Origin: an uncultured virus (IMG/VR IMGVR_UViG_2848843299_000006)
Taxonomy: Duplodnaviria; Heunggongvirae; Uroviricota; Caudoviricetes
Length of the DNA stretch: 64,000 nucleotides
IMG/VR virus record: IMGVR_UViG_2848843299_000006
Direction: 5' to 3' (one strand)
Positions 20,793-30,448 of the stretch are shown piece after piece. The position numbers and the translations under genes were made by a program. The notes beneath the pieces are model-generated. The model did not search any database. It saw only the letters and a list, made by a program, of their open reading frames with translations, and had not been told where the DNA came from. Each line of letters starts with the position of its first letter. Positions within the stretch are counted from its first letter, which is position 1.

Positions 20793-21363
20793 GTGTTAAT
20801 TTCTGAAATAGTAACGATATGTAAAAAAGAGCGGATAATTATTCATTTCTGAAATTTTAAATCAAGAAATTCGCCCCTTTTTTTGAGGATGGATTTTACA
20901 AATCATTACTAAACAATCAGATACAAGCCATATACTTTTTTATTTACCAGCCAACTTAAACACTTGATGAACTTCGGGCGTAAACTATTTTTGAACCCCA
21001 CCTCTACTTCATCAGACTTTTTCCTCTACCTTCAGTACATTACACTATGTCTGTACACATTTGGGAAGATCATAACTGGATACCGAAAATGTAAAGTATT
21101 TAAAATTTGAGAAGCAAACGTGTGCTTTGATAATTTATTAACCTACTCTTAATAGTAACTACTTTAATTTAATGTACAAAATGTATAAACAAAGCCTGAC
21201 ACAACGCTCTTGTATGAATAAATTATCTATCTTTCATCATTATCTGCCGATACTGCTAACTACCACGACCATAGCATTAGCTGTAGTATTAGAATGGAAA
21301 TCCAACTCCATCTTGTGGGTAGTAGTTCTGTGCATAAACTAACAGCCGATTCTGGGAGAATGC

Positions 21364-21717
21364 ATGACATTAAAAAACATGGGGATTGCCAATATTACAC
21401 AATGCATAGAGTCCTTCATGGAGAAGCGCAGACCTCCTGAATATACCGATGATGAATCAGATTTAATGTATAACATTAACGGATGGAACATATTGATCTC
21501 AGAATTTAAACATCTTCCGTGGTTTTTAGGAAAAATCAAAAAAGATGTGGTGAAAATCACATACGACTCCAGACACAAACACTGGAATCTGTATTATCAG
21601 GCGGAAAAAAGATGGATACCGCACCCTGATAGTCCGGCAACTACCTTTCCAGACGCCATTAGTATAATTGAGGATGATATAAACGGGCTCTTCTTTGACA
21701 AATGGCATACTCCGTAA
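21364..21717 (+). CDS. DUF3024-like protein
   Basis: FMEKRRPP..KITY..W.LY..W..I.EDD..G.FF; paralog of 56897-57238. Confidence 0.7.
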   Translation: MTLKNMGIANITQCIESFMEKRRPPEYTDDESDLMYNINGWNILISEFKHLPWFLGKIKKDVVKITYDSRHKHWNLYYQAEKRWIPHPDSPATTFPDAISIIEDDINGLFFDKWHTP

Positions 21718-21862
21718 AAATCTCAATAAACCATTACAGAAATCTGATTTTAATTGATAAAATAAATTATTATTAGAAAATTATCACCTGATAAAAATCA
21801 ATACCATCAGTATATTCAGGGAAAGTAAAACATAATGATTACTAATTTACCTGGTCCTCTTT

Positions 21863-22147
21863 ATGAAAAACAGAAGAAACCCTGTGAGTACCAATGTCGG
21901 ACGCAGAATTAAGGAAGCAAGAAAATCCCTCAGGATGTCGGGAGGCCAACTGGCTCAGCTCACCGGACTCACTCAACAACAGGTATCGCGCTATGAGTCT
22001 GGGAAAACATCAATGACCATAGATACTGTTGTGATGATTGCTCACGCACTTAATGTTTCTTTAAACGGGTTATTATCTGATTACCTTACCTCTCCTGAAT
22101 ATGATAACTGTGCAATTTTGTTAAATTATTGCAACATACGCAAATAG
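21863..22147 (+). CDS. MrpJ-type XRE HTH regulator
   Basis: VGRRIKEARK..TQQQVSRYESG. Confidence 0.82.
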   Translation: MKNRRNPVSTNVGRRIKEARKSLRMSGGQLAQLTGLTQQQVSRYESGKTSMTIDTVVMIAHALNVSLNGLLSDYLTSPEYDNCAILLNYCNIRK

Positions 22148-22179
22148 CCGCGCCGGACATCCATCAGCACGGCTTTGTT

Positions 22180-23760
22180 TTATTCCCCTGAATCTCCGGC
22201 CTGATCTGCTGCTTCCTGCTCCTCTCGCTCTGCATGTTCACGCTCCATCTGTTCAGCCAGTTCACGTTGCTTCACATTCCACACAGAGCCCTGCGGCATT
22301 TCCACACGCACATCGAGGCGGGTTGATTCCGGCAGGTCACACGGTTCACCGTCCTGATAGAAAATGCGCTCACCTTCCGGGGTGACCTCTTTCAGCCGCC
22401 AGTTCTGGAAACGTTCCGGCAAATGCGCATGCTGACGGTGACAGGTTTCGATGATAATACTGCCATCTTTCTGTACGCGGTCATCGACATAAACCAGCTC
22501 AAGGCCGTTATTGTCTTTCGGTACCGAAATACCGCCGTTTACACCCCATGCGCCATCTGAGTTATAACCAAGAATGCCGGTAATGTGATATTGGCCGGTG
22601 CCGGTACGGCGGACTTCCGCGCCTTCGGATTCGTCGTTGGTTTCATAATGGCCATCAGGATAAATCTGAACGATTGGCGACGATTTTTTATAATATCCAC
22701 TGCCATCTACGATATACATATTGGATGTCAACACCCTTACCGATTCCCATGCAGAACCAGTATACCGATGTATCGCCATGTGCGTCGCGCCGTAGTTGGG
22801 AAGGACTATCCTTTGTCCAATATCCCCGGAATACCTAGTGGTTATAACGCTTCCAAATCTGTCTCCTATAACAGAAGGGGGATTTTGACTGTTCTGGTCA
22901 AATCTATACATACCATTAGGCAAATTAGTGTTAGTGAAATTTGTCATATACGGAGGATAGTCCGCGTATACTGACCCCCATCCGGTTGCCTGCTGAATCC
23001 AAGAGCGAGTCGCAACTACGCCGGTGTCATATGGTATCGTCACAATGTGCTGGTTTTCGCCGTTAGCTTGCCGATACACAATGCTAAGCATTGATGCTGT
23101 ACCCGCATGAGGATTTGTCTCCAGTCGCACATAGCGGCCATCGATCTTTATTAAATCCAGTCCGGTATATTCTCCGTCACTAAAGCAGCGGGTGGAGCCA
23201 TCCGAAATCAACGCAAAACGATATCTGTCTGTGACGGTGTCTTTAAAACCGACTGTTCCCCCGTTTTCCAGCTGAACAACGTTCCTTTTGTTTGGACTTT
23301 GTACGCGGGTAACAGCGGAATTCGGTTTATACAGCATCTCCCCGACCCATTCCCTCGAAGCCAGCCCTTTTACATCCTCCAGCGTCACTTTTTGGCCGTT
23401 CGGCAGCTCAATTTCCACCTGACCGGTATCTGTCATCCACTGCTGCATTGCCTGGAGAAAGTAAACGATATAGCCCTGATTCGCTGACATGGTTCGGGCC
23501 GCATCTGAAATGGTATCCGGTACCGTGGTGGCGATAGAGTATTTCGCGCCGCTGAGCGTTACCGGGGCATTGAATGACAACACCAGCTCAGTATCACTGT
23601 TTACCGCGCGGATCATCATGTTGACCGGTGCTGCGCCGTTCTCGATGCTGATAAGCTGGCCGGGAGCTACACCGTGAATGTTCTTTTTCCACTGCGTTCC
23701 GGTACCGGTCACAATCGGTGAGCCGGCGTTAATGGCTATGGTGCCGTCTGTGTAAATCAT
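22180..23760 (-). CDS. Side tail fibre protein
   Basis: MIYTDGTIAI..VTGTGTQW N-terminus, variable middle, conserved C-terminal domain; last gene of tail operon. Confidence 0.85.
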   Translation of the reverse strand: MIYTDGTIAINAGSPIVTGTGTQWKKNIHGVAPGQLISIENGAAPVNMMIRAVNSDTELVLSFNAPVTLSGAKYSIATTVPDTISDAARTMSANQGYIVYFLQAMQQWMTDTGQVEIELPNGQKVTLEDVKGLASREWVGEMLYKPNSAVTRVQSPNKRNVVQLENGGTVGFKDTVTDRYRFALISDGSTRCFSDGEYTGLDLIKIDGRYVRLETNPHAGTASMLSIVYRQANGENQHIVTIPYDTGVVATRSWIQQATGWGSVYADYPPYMTNFTNTNLPNGMYRFDQNSQNPPSVIGDRFGSVITTRYSGDIGQRIVLPNYGATHMAIHRYTGSAWESVRVLTSNMYIVDGSGYYKKSSPIVQIYPDGHYETNDESEGAEVRRTGTGQYHITGILGYNSDGAWGVNGGISVPKDNNGLELVYVDDRVQKDGSIIIETCHRQHAHLPERFQNWRLKEVTPEGERIFYQDGEPCDLPESTRLDVRVEMPQGSVWNVKQRELAEQMEREHAEREEQEAADQAGDSGE

Positions 23761-23811
23761 GAGACCTCCCGGATTTCAGACGAAAAAAAACCGCCGGAGC
23801 GGTTATTGTTA

Positions 23812-24492
23812 TTATTCGTATATAGATGCATCAATATAAGGAATATGACCTTTGTAACTCCGTCCATAATTAGCCCCTCCGCCCTGCAATCCGACTGTTT
23901 TGAACAACGGTGCACTTCTTCCGTTGTATGCAGTCCCGGTGACAAAAAATATCACCGGCAAGGTGGGATCCATTGATGGAATATACAGAGACATCTCTCC
24001 TAATGCCCTCATCAGTATCGCATTGGTATTTTTTCTGAGTTGTTGTGATGTACCATCTTCAGATGAAATATACCCGTCAATTATCAGAGGTTTTTGCCAG
24101 CCACAAAAGCTGACCTCTCCATCCTCATCATAAAACCTGGCTCCCCATTTTTGCTTTCCTTCTTTGTTTTCCACCCAGTTACCCGGCATAAACAGGTAAA
24201 TCACTGAACGGGTATTTTCTGCAGTAATAATATGGTTTTGATCATTATAAGTGCCGAATCGTCCAAGAAAAACACATCCAAGCGGCGGAGTATTTGATGA
24301 TGTATACATCTCGGTACTGCGGACAAAGCAAAGCGGGACAGGATCACTGGTTCGACTTATACCTGTATCATGATATGACGCTTTATTTTTTCCTGAGCCT
24401 ACGTTCATAACACGATATAAAACGTAGCACTTTCCTGACGGGGTAAATAGTTTTCTGTTAGTAGCGTCATTAACTGTAAATCCAAATGTCAC
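23812..24492 (-). CDS. Tail-tip associated hypothetical protein
   Basis: Coupled ORF between J and fibre; FGF.V.D / WGARFYDE.G repeats. Confidence 0.6.
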   Translation of the reverse strand: MTFGFTVNDATNRKLFTPSGKCYVLYRVMNVGSGKNKASYHDTGISRTSDPVPLCFVRSTEMYTSSNTPPLGCVFLGRFGTYNDQNHIITAENTRSVIYLFMPGNWVENKEGKQKWGARFYDEDGEVSFCGWQKPLIIDGYISSEDGTSQQLRKNTNAILMRALGEMSLYIPSMDPTLPVIFFVTGTAYNGRSAPLFKTVGLQGGGANYGRSYKGHIPYIDASIYE

Positions 24493-24752
24493 AGCACCCC
24501 CATTGAAAAAATAATAATTAACTTATTCGGTGAGACAATATTCCTCCACGAAACCGTATTACCTTTGACTGTAATATCAATACCACCGAATACCCCACTT
24601 ACCGGAAAAGCATATAATTTTGCTCCGACCGGTAAATTATAAGTTTGGGAACCACTGCCGCTGATCGGCAGCAGTGGCTGGGCAAAATTAGACAGCATAT
24701 AAACCGTATCACGGCCCTGATCATCAAATGCCTTTATTCCGAATCCCGGCAT
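24489..24752 (-). CDS. Tail-tip associated small protein
   Basis: FGIKAFDDQGR N-terminus, position after J. Confidence 0.6.
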   Translation of the reverse strand: MPGFGIKAFDDQGRDTVYMLSNFAQPLLPISGSGSQTYNLPVGAKLYAFPVSGVFGGIDITVKGNTVSWRNIVSPNKLIIIFSMGVL

Positions 24753-25024
24753 TCCATATTCTCCAGTATACTTTCCGGTATCCAGCCTCCGGTAAATTTC
24801 ACACCACTCAGACCGGATTGCTTATACCAGATCCTGTTCTGATACTTCCGGTTATCATTTTTCTTTTTCACCAGATGAAGCTTATGAACAGGTCCGGGGA
24901 ACGTTGATTCACGGTAATAAGCCACACAGTCCACATCTGTAACAGCAGGCATGCTGACAGCACACCCGGCAGCAGACAAAATAATCGCAGATAAAATAAG
25001 CACCTTAAATTTCATAGTGTTCAT
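24734..25024 (-). CDS. Cor-like lipoprotein (putative superinfection exclusion)
   Basis: AAGC lipobox, two further Cys and a W near the C-terminus; directly after J as cor is in HK022/phi80/N15. Confidence 0.5.
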   Translation of the reverse strand: MNTMKFKVLILSAIILSAAGCAVSMPAVTDVDCVAYYRESTFPGPVHKLHLVKKKNDNRKYQNRIWYKQSGLSGVKFTGGWIPESILENMECRDSE

Positions 25025-28000
25025 CCTGTTAATCTTCCGATTTCAACTCTCAGACGACCTTTTTCATCCCACACACGGATCTGGTCATTCTTAATTTCCA
25101 TCCTGCCACCGGAGGTATCAGAACCATTTATTTCCATTTTCCCGGTTTTCGCATCAATCAGGAATCCTGTTTTACCCGGCGCGTAGTTCTCTGACTGCAT
25201 TTTGTCAGTGACAACCACACTGTTAAGCCATGCCTGATTAATGAACGCCTCACGCATAAAGACCTGTCCGTCCTTCATGTACATAAACATGTCCATCGAT
25301 TTTTTCACCGGATTATAAAATGCAAAATGCTGCGCGTTAAACCCGATAAGCGTGCTCACCTGACCGCCTTTCAGCTCTGCCCCGATAACCATACCGGCGG
25401 AATAATCCTCACCGTTATAACGGATCCGGACTTTCATATCGTGGACCACCGATGCCTGACCGGATGCCATATCCCACTGCGCATGGATGGAGTTCTGCGC
25501 CAGCGCCAGACCGTCTTCTGCTTTAACCTGTACCGCATCCAGTTTCTCTGCAAGTGCCGTTGTTTCCGTAACCGTGTAGTTGCGGACTTCGATGATTTCC
25601 GCTTTCATCGCACCGTTTTCACGCTGCCAGTAACCCCACTGACCGTAAACGTTATTGGCGTTGTTGATAATGGCCTCGAAGTTATCATTCGCCTGAGACT
25701 GCAGGTCTTTAATGATGGCTGAGTCTTCGAGCTCTTTTTGCACTACATCGAATATTTCATCCGCATGGTTATTGGACTGACCTTTTTCTTCAATAAAATG
25801 AGACTGACCATACTCATTAATACTTCGGATATAAAACCAGTAATCATGTCCGGGCTTTAACTGACCTTTTGACCATACTTTTGCCCTGCCAAGGAATTCA
25901 GCCTCCTGTTCAATGTTATTAATGTTGGTGATTCTTTGCTCGCCGGAAAACCAAAATTCAAACTCAGTATTCAGTGTGTGCGGGGCACTGATATGTGGTA
26001 TCAATTTCACCTCAAAGAAGCCTGACTCAACTCTGATAAACGAAGGGGCCGCTGGTGCACCAATAACCATCAGCACTGTCGACTCGCTTCCCAGCATTCC
26101 ATTTTTATCTTTGCCGCGTACGCCAACCTGATATTCCCCAGCGGCCAATCCGTTGAAATAATATTCAAGATCAGACGTTTCACCAGTAAAGACAACCTTG
26201 TCATCTTTATAAACAGAAACAACGTAAGAAATATTGCGGTTAGCGGTTGCCATGGCCCAAATAACTCTGGCCTGAACCTGAGAGCTGTCATTGATATAAG
26301 CTACGGAAAGGCGTTCAATGTCAGGGATTCGAACCGTATTTTGTGCAGGCGGATTGCCGGTGAAATTAACACCATCATCAACAATGCGCTCCTTTTTTGG
26401 TTCATGGAGAATACAGTTAAACTGATAGTTACCGTCTTTATCTTCAGTAATAGTCAGTACCCGGAACATTCGCATAATCAGCGTGTTTTTCGATACAGAA
26501 AACACACCGAATTTTTGCAGTCCGGCTGGTTCGCTCTTCAGGATAACAATATCGCCATCTACTGATGATATTTCTGTTCTGATGAACTTCCCGCTGCCGC
26601 CGAGGTACGCAAAATATCCCTTATCACCAGAAGTCCATTTTATAGGTGCATCTGTTTTTACTCTGCTGCCAACAACATCTAAAACCCGGCCACCGACTTT
26701 TGAACCCGCAAATGAATCATCCGCTATTTCAATGATGTCACCCGGAAGACAATTAATACCCTCCCTGAAAGTCGTGAATGTTACACTTTCAGTCTCAAGC
26801 TTCTCTGTTTCCAGAATCCATTTACCAACACGATGAGCCTGCCCCCTGCTGGTGCAACCGAAAGCCGTTACTTTCTTAACATTCAGTCCGCCAAATCTTA
26901 TGATCTGACCATCATCCTGTATAAACTCCCTCTCTTCCTTCCAGCCGTTATCCGGGTTAATCCATGAAACTTCAACTGCATTATGCCTTGCACTTTTAGC
27001 TGTTGATGTATAATTGAATTTCCCGCCGATAACATTTGAGTTTGTGTATGTCCATTCCGGATCTGCGGGCCTGTCCTGAAAGCAGGTTAACTGCACTCCA
27101 TCCCATAAAGGCATTCCGCGAAATACGGATGCCAAATCATCAATAACGTCTTTCGCTTTCCGCTGTGCGGTAATATAGGCATTGAAAGTAAATCGTGGCT
27201 CTTTGCCGCCAAACCCATCCGAAACCATTTCATCGCAATACCTGGCTATCGCATACAAAGCAAACCGGTCACAACCAAAACGCCCCATCACGGAACCAAT
27301 CCCGTAACGCTCATTGGTCACCAGATCGTAAAAAATCCATGCGGGATTGTCTGTCCATGCAGGCTTAAACCTCCCCGTCCATATACCGTTATAGCTGCGG
27401 GTTTCCGGGTCATAATTATCCGGGACCTGAACAATCAGCCCTTTGATATGATATGTACGTTTAGGCGTGTCACCATACTGAGATTTATCAATGCGCATAC
27501 CAACCACAGCGGAGTTTGGGTATGAAAATTTAGCATCCGTAATTTCTGTATAGCTGGCCCACACCGTCCCGTTTTTAAGAAGGTCACTTTTACTGTCATC
27601 AGTGAGGCGCGATACTCTTATCTGAAACGGCTTTTGCTTTGGCGCGTTAATAATATGTGATTCAAGGTACTGACCACTTATTTTCCCGGGACCTATTGTG
27701 ATTGTTTTTTCTGTCACCCATCCGCTGCCAGCATTAATCTCGACAAGCATCTGAACAGAAGTGTTTTCCTGGTTGCCTTTGTTGTCCTGTTTTACCAGCG
27801 CCGAAACACCTAATGTAAAGCGAATGCGATCGACTTCCTGATCAGATACCGTACGCAATATCGGTGTTTCTTTTTTCACTTCCACGTTTACAGGTATTTC
27901 TTTCTCAACAAACGGGAAACCATCGAGCGGAGACTGAGACTGCGTACCCGATCTCCACTGAACCTCGACCCCGCGAATATTCGGATTACCTTGTTTATCG

Positions 28001-28158
28001 ACTATAGGCGTTCCGTTCAGCAGGAATCCCTGCATTCCGCCAACCGGTCCTTCTATAGGACCTTCTGACACCAAATCAATAATGTTGAGAAATTGCTTAT
28101 TTTTCAGGTTGTCATCAACCAGATTCGGCGTGCTTCCGCCGCCACCACCTTTGCCCAT
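25021..28158 (-). CDS. J: Host-specificity / central tail tip protein J
   Basis: MGKGGGGG..DLVSEGPIEG..AWTDNPAW..GCTSRGQAHR.GKW. Confidence 0.95.
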   Translation of the reverse strand: MGKGGGGGSTPNLVDDNLKNKQFLNIIDLVSEGPIEGPVGGMQGFLLNGTPIVDKQGNPNIRGVEVQWRSGTQSQSPLDGFPFVEKEIPVNVEVKKETPILRTVSDQEVDRIRFTLGVSALVKQDNKGNQENTSVQMLVEINAGSGWVTEKTITIGPGKISGQYLESHIINAPKQKPFQIRVSRLTDDSKSDLLKNGTVWASYTEITDAKFSYPNSAVVGMRIDKSQYGDTPKRTYHIKGLIVQVPDNYDPETRSYNGIWTGRFKPAWTDNPAWIFYDLVTNERYGIGSVMGRFGCDRFALYAIARYCDEMVSDGFGGKEPRFTFNAYITAQRKAKDVIDDLASVFRGMPLWDGVQLTCFQDRPADPEWTYTNSNVIGGKFNYTSTAKSARHNAVEVSWINPDNGWKEEREFIQDDGQIIRFGGLNVKKVTAFGCTSRGQAHRVGKWILETEKLETESVTFTTFREGINCLPGDIIEIADDSFAGSKVGGRVLDVVGSRVKTDAPIKWTSGDKGYFAYLGGSGKFIRTEISSVDGDIVILKSEPAGLQKFGVFSVSKNTLIMRMFRVLTITEDKDGNYQFNCILHEPKKERIVDDGVNFTGNPPAQNTVRIPDIERLSVAYINDSSQVQARVIWAMATANRNISYVVSVYKDDKVVFTGETSDLEYYFNGLAAGEYQVGVRGKDKNGMLGSESTVLMVIGAPAAPSFIRVESGFFEVKLIPHISAPHTLNTEFEFWFSGEQRITNINNIEQEAEFLGRAKVWSKGQLKPGHDYWFYIRSINEYGQSHFIEEKGQSNNHADEIFDVVQKELEDSAIIKDLQSQANDNFEAIINNANNVYGQWGYWQRENGAMKAEIIEVRNYTVTETTALAEKLDAVQVKAEDGLALAQNSIHAQWDMASGQASVVHDMKVRIRYNGEDYSAGMVIGAELKGGQVSTLIGFNAQHFAFYNPVKKSMDMFMYMKDGQVFMREAFINQAWLNSVVVTDKMQSENYAPGKTGFLIDAKTGKMEINGSDTSGGRMEIKNDQIRVWDEKGRLRVEIGRLTG

Positions 28159-28740
28159 TTATACTGTCTCCAACCCCTGTGAAATCACATTTGAGCCAAC
28201 CACCATCTCTCCATAACAAAGCGGAACGGGATATCCTTGCCCGATTCTGTTGGAAAGTGAGCTGAAATACTGGTTACTTTCTGAATTGCCTTCACTGAAA
28301 TTTGGTGCGCCCGGTGTTCTTGTCAGCATCGTTGCCACCCCTGCTGCCGCTATCCCGACACCGGCAGCAAACATAGCCGTCGATGTCATCGTTGCCAGAA
28401 AACCGCCCGGAATAAAGAATGCCCCGGCAATTAGCGCTGCGCCGCCGATAATGCCAAGGAAGCCACCTGATTTTGCGCCACCTATAACCGGCACTATCGT
28501 GATAACATCATTATCATTAAGTGGGGTGTTTAATCCTGCCACTATGCAGTCCTCAGTCATATCATGACCGGCAACGCGTACCCTGAACTGCCCATGGTTT
28601 ATTTCCCGTTTTAATCCGTCAATCTGATAACACAGACATCTTAACGCCTCACCTGCGCTGCTGACCTCTAATTCAAACCGGCGTCCATATCGGCGTAAAT
28701 AGCCAGCAAACTGTAGTCTGACCACTGTTTGTGCCTCCAT
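28159..28740 (-). CDS. I: Tail assembly protein I
   Basis: IVPVIGGAK..QGYPVPLCYGEMVVGS.VIS. Confidence 0.9.
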   Translation of the reverse strand: MEAQTVVRLQFAGYLRRYGRRFELEVSSAGEALRCLCYQIDGLKREINHGQFRVRVAGHDMTEDCIVAGLNTPLNDNDVITIVPVIGGAKSGGFLGIIGGAALIAGAFFIPGGFLATMTSTAMFAAGVGIAAAGVATMLTRTPGAPNFSEGNSESNQYFSSLSNRIGQGYPVPLCYGEMVVGSNVISQGLETV

Positions 28741-29381
28741 ATGCTGTGTGTGAATTTAAACCAGTAGCCACCGTAAACATCCCGCTTACTCAAACGATCA
28801 GGGCGATGATGAAGAATCTCCTGATTACCGATATATAGCGCCGCATGACAAGGTTTTGATGTACCCAGGCAGATAAGAATAACGTCGCCATCCTGTACTT
28901 CATCAACCTGATAAAAACCCTGTCCGGAAATGTTATCCAGATACAGATTGTCACCGGTGTACCACCAATTATCATGTCGCTCAAAGTTATCAAGACTGAT
29001 GCCGCACAAATGGTAAGCATCCCGGATAATGCTGTAGCAGTCCTGCACACCGTGATTAAACTCACGCCCCAGCAATCGCGGAACAGGATTAAATTTCAGT
29101 AACCGGTCATCACAAACGAGCCACCACGGTAATCCGGTTTTAACCTGCATATCCCTGTCGCCCGCGCTTAAAAATGGCAGTCCAGCCGGATGACTGTGCA
29201 CGACAGCTTCCACTTCTGCATGACTCTCAGCTCTCAGCCATTCCTCTGAGCTGATTTCAAAATAATTTTCCGGGTCAGGGTGAATATTGGTACACGGGAA
29301 ATAAATTCCTCCTGAAACCAGCCCACACGACTCCCTCACACCTTCCGTTGTTGCATGTGCGATAATGTTACTTTCAATCAT
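28668..29381 (-). CDS. K: Tail assembly protein K (JAB + NlpC/P60)
   Basis: ESCG..VHSHP..LS..D; DCY..RDAY..HAALY. Confidence 0.92.
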   Translation of the reverse strand: MIESNIIAHATTEGVRESCGLVSGGIYFPCTNIHPDPENYFEISSEEWLRAESHAEVEAVVHSHPAGLPFLSAGDRDMQVKTGLPWWLVCDDRLLKFNPVPRLLGREFNHGVQDCYSIIRDAYHLCGISLDNFERHDNWWYTGDNLYLDNISGQGFYQVDEVQDGDVILICLGTSKPCHAALYIGNQEILHHRPDRLSKRDVYGGYWFKFTHSIWRHKQWSDYSLLAIYADMDAGLN

Positions 29382-29384
29382 GGG

Positions 29385-30083
29385 TTAACCTAGTTTGTTG
29401 GAGCCGAGAAACCCACCGAACGGCAATACTGAGGAGTGGCGAAGTTTGCAGCCACGGTACTTATGAGAGCACTGATCTTTTGTCGGGTCATTGGTCGGCT
29501 GATCCTTTTCGTCTGCGACAGGAGGCCCGTCATACCCGCAATCCTGTCCACGATATCGCCACGGGCATATATCAGCCTGAATAACCCGAGCGGGAATTTG
29601 TGCATTATCTGTTTCTGTCGGCAGCGCCAGCACATATGTAACGAAATCTGAGTCTGAATTTTCACGTTGCTCAATGACAAATTTCTGTACAGCCTCACGG
29701 GACGGATCTGCCTGATTGTTTCCATCCGGAAAATTTACCGCATCAAGATATTGCTCCATAACCTGCCGTCTGGTAACAATCGCCCCCAGTGCGTCGTCAT
29801 AATCGTTATTGATTGCAGTCAGCAACCCATCAATGTTGGCGAATGTCATCTTCGGCCTTGCTGACGCTCCCTGCGCTGTCATGCTGAGTCCGGTTACCTG
29901 AACCGGATACGGATCATATCGGTTACCCTGCCAAATCACCGGTTTCAACAGGCCGTTCATTCCGTCATGAAAGCGGTATACATTCCCGCCGAAGCGACTT
30001 AAATCCACCTCATACAAATCAAGCATTGCTGATTGTTCAATCTGAGTAACCGCAATCCGCATATCTGCCGGAATATCTCTCAC
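29385..30083 (-). CDS. L: Minor tail protein L
   Basis: WQGN.Y.PYP..CPW.YRG..CGY..D.CS..C..R..PFGGF. Confidence 0.92.
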   Translation of the reverse strand: MRDIPADMRIAVTQIEQSAMLDLYEVDLSRFGGNVYRFHDGMNGLLKPVIWQGNRYDPYPVQVTGLSMTAQGASARPKMTFANIDGLLTAINNDYDDALGAIVTRRQVMEQYLDAVNFPDGNNQADPSREAVQKFVIEQRENSDSDFVTYVLALPTETDNAQIPARVIQADICPWRYRGQDCGYDGPPVADEKDQPTNDPTKDQCSHKYRGCKLRHSSVLPFGGFLGSNKLG

Positions 30084-30409
30084 GCAACCACCTCCTCAAA
30101 TACACAATCAATCTGCCAGACAGACTGTTTCCTCGTTACCTGCCAGCTACGGCACACGAATGTCCGCAGGGTTTTGTCATCCCCTGTCAGCCACAGGAAT
30201 GATTCCACTGCCCCACGCTGACTGAGAAAATTATCTATTTCACGTCCGACAGAAACCGGTTTGATGAATGCCAGGTTATATGTTTTAAGGTGATTATTGA
30301 TTCCGTCTTTGGCTCTCTGCTCGTAGCCATTGCCGAATTTTGCAACCCTGACCTTCGGTTCATTATTAATTTGGCAGGCATCCTCAGGACGCCATTTAAA
30401 TTCATCCAT
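30080..30409 (-). CDS. M: Minor tail protein M
   Basis: FGNGYEQR..GIN..F.EV. Confidence 0.9.
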   Translation of the reverse strand: MDEFKWRPEDACQINNEPKVRVAKFGNGYEQRAKDGINNHLKTYNLAFIKPVSVGREIDNFLSQRGAVESFLWLTGDDKTLRTFVCRSWQVTRKQSVWQIDCVFEEVVA

Positions 30410-30448
30410 TTATCGGTTCCATTAAAAAAGCCACCGTACTGGTGGCTG

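Noticed and set aside
19282..23760. Tail-fibre shufflon or diversity-generating retroelement
   Set aside because: The repeat is direct, covers the conserved end, and has indels and non-adenine changes; no invertase or reverse transcriptase is in the window.
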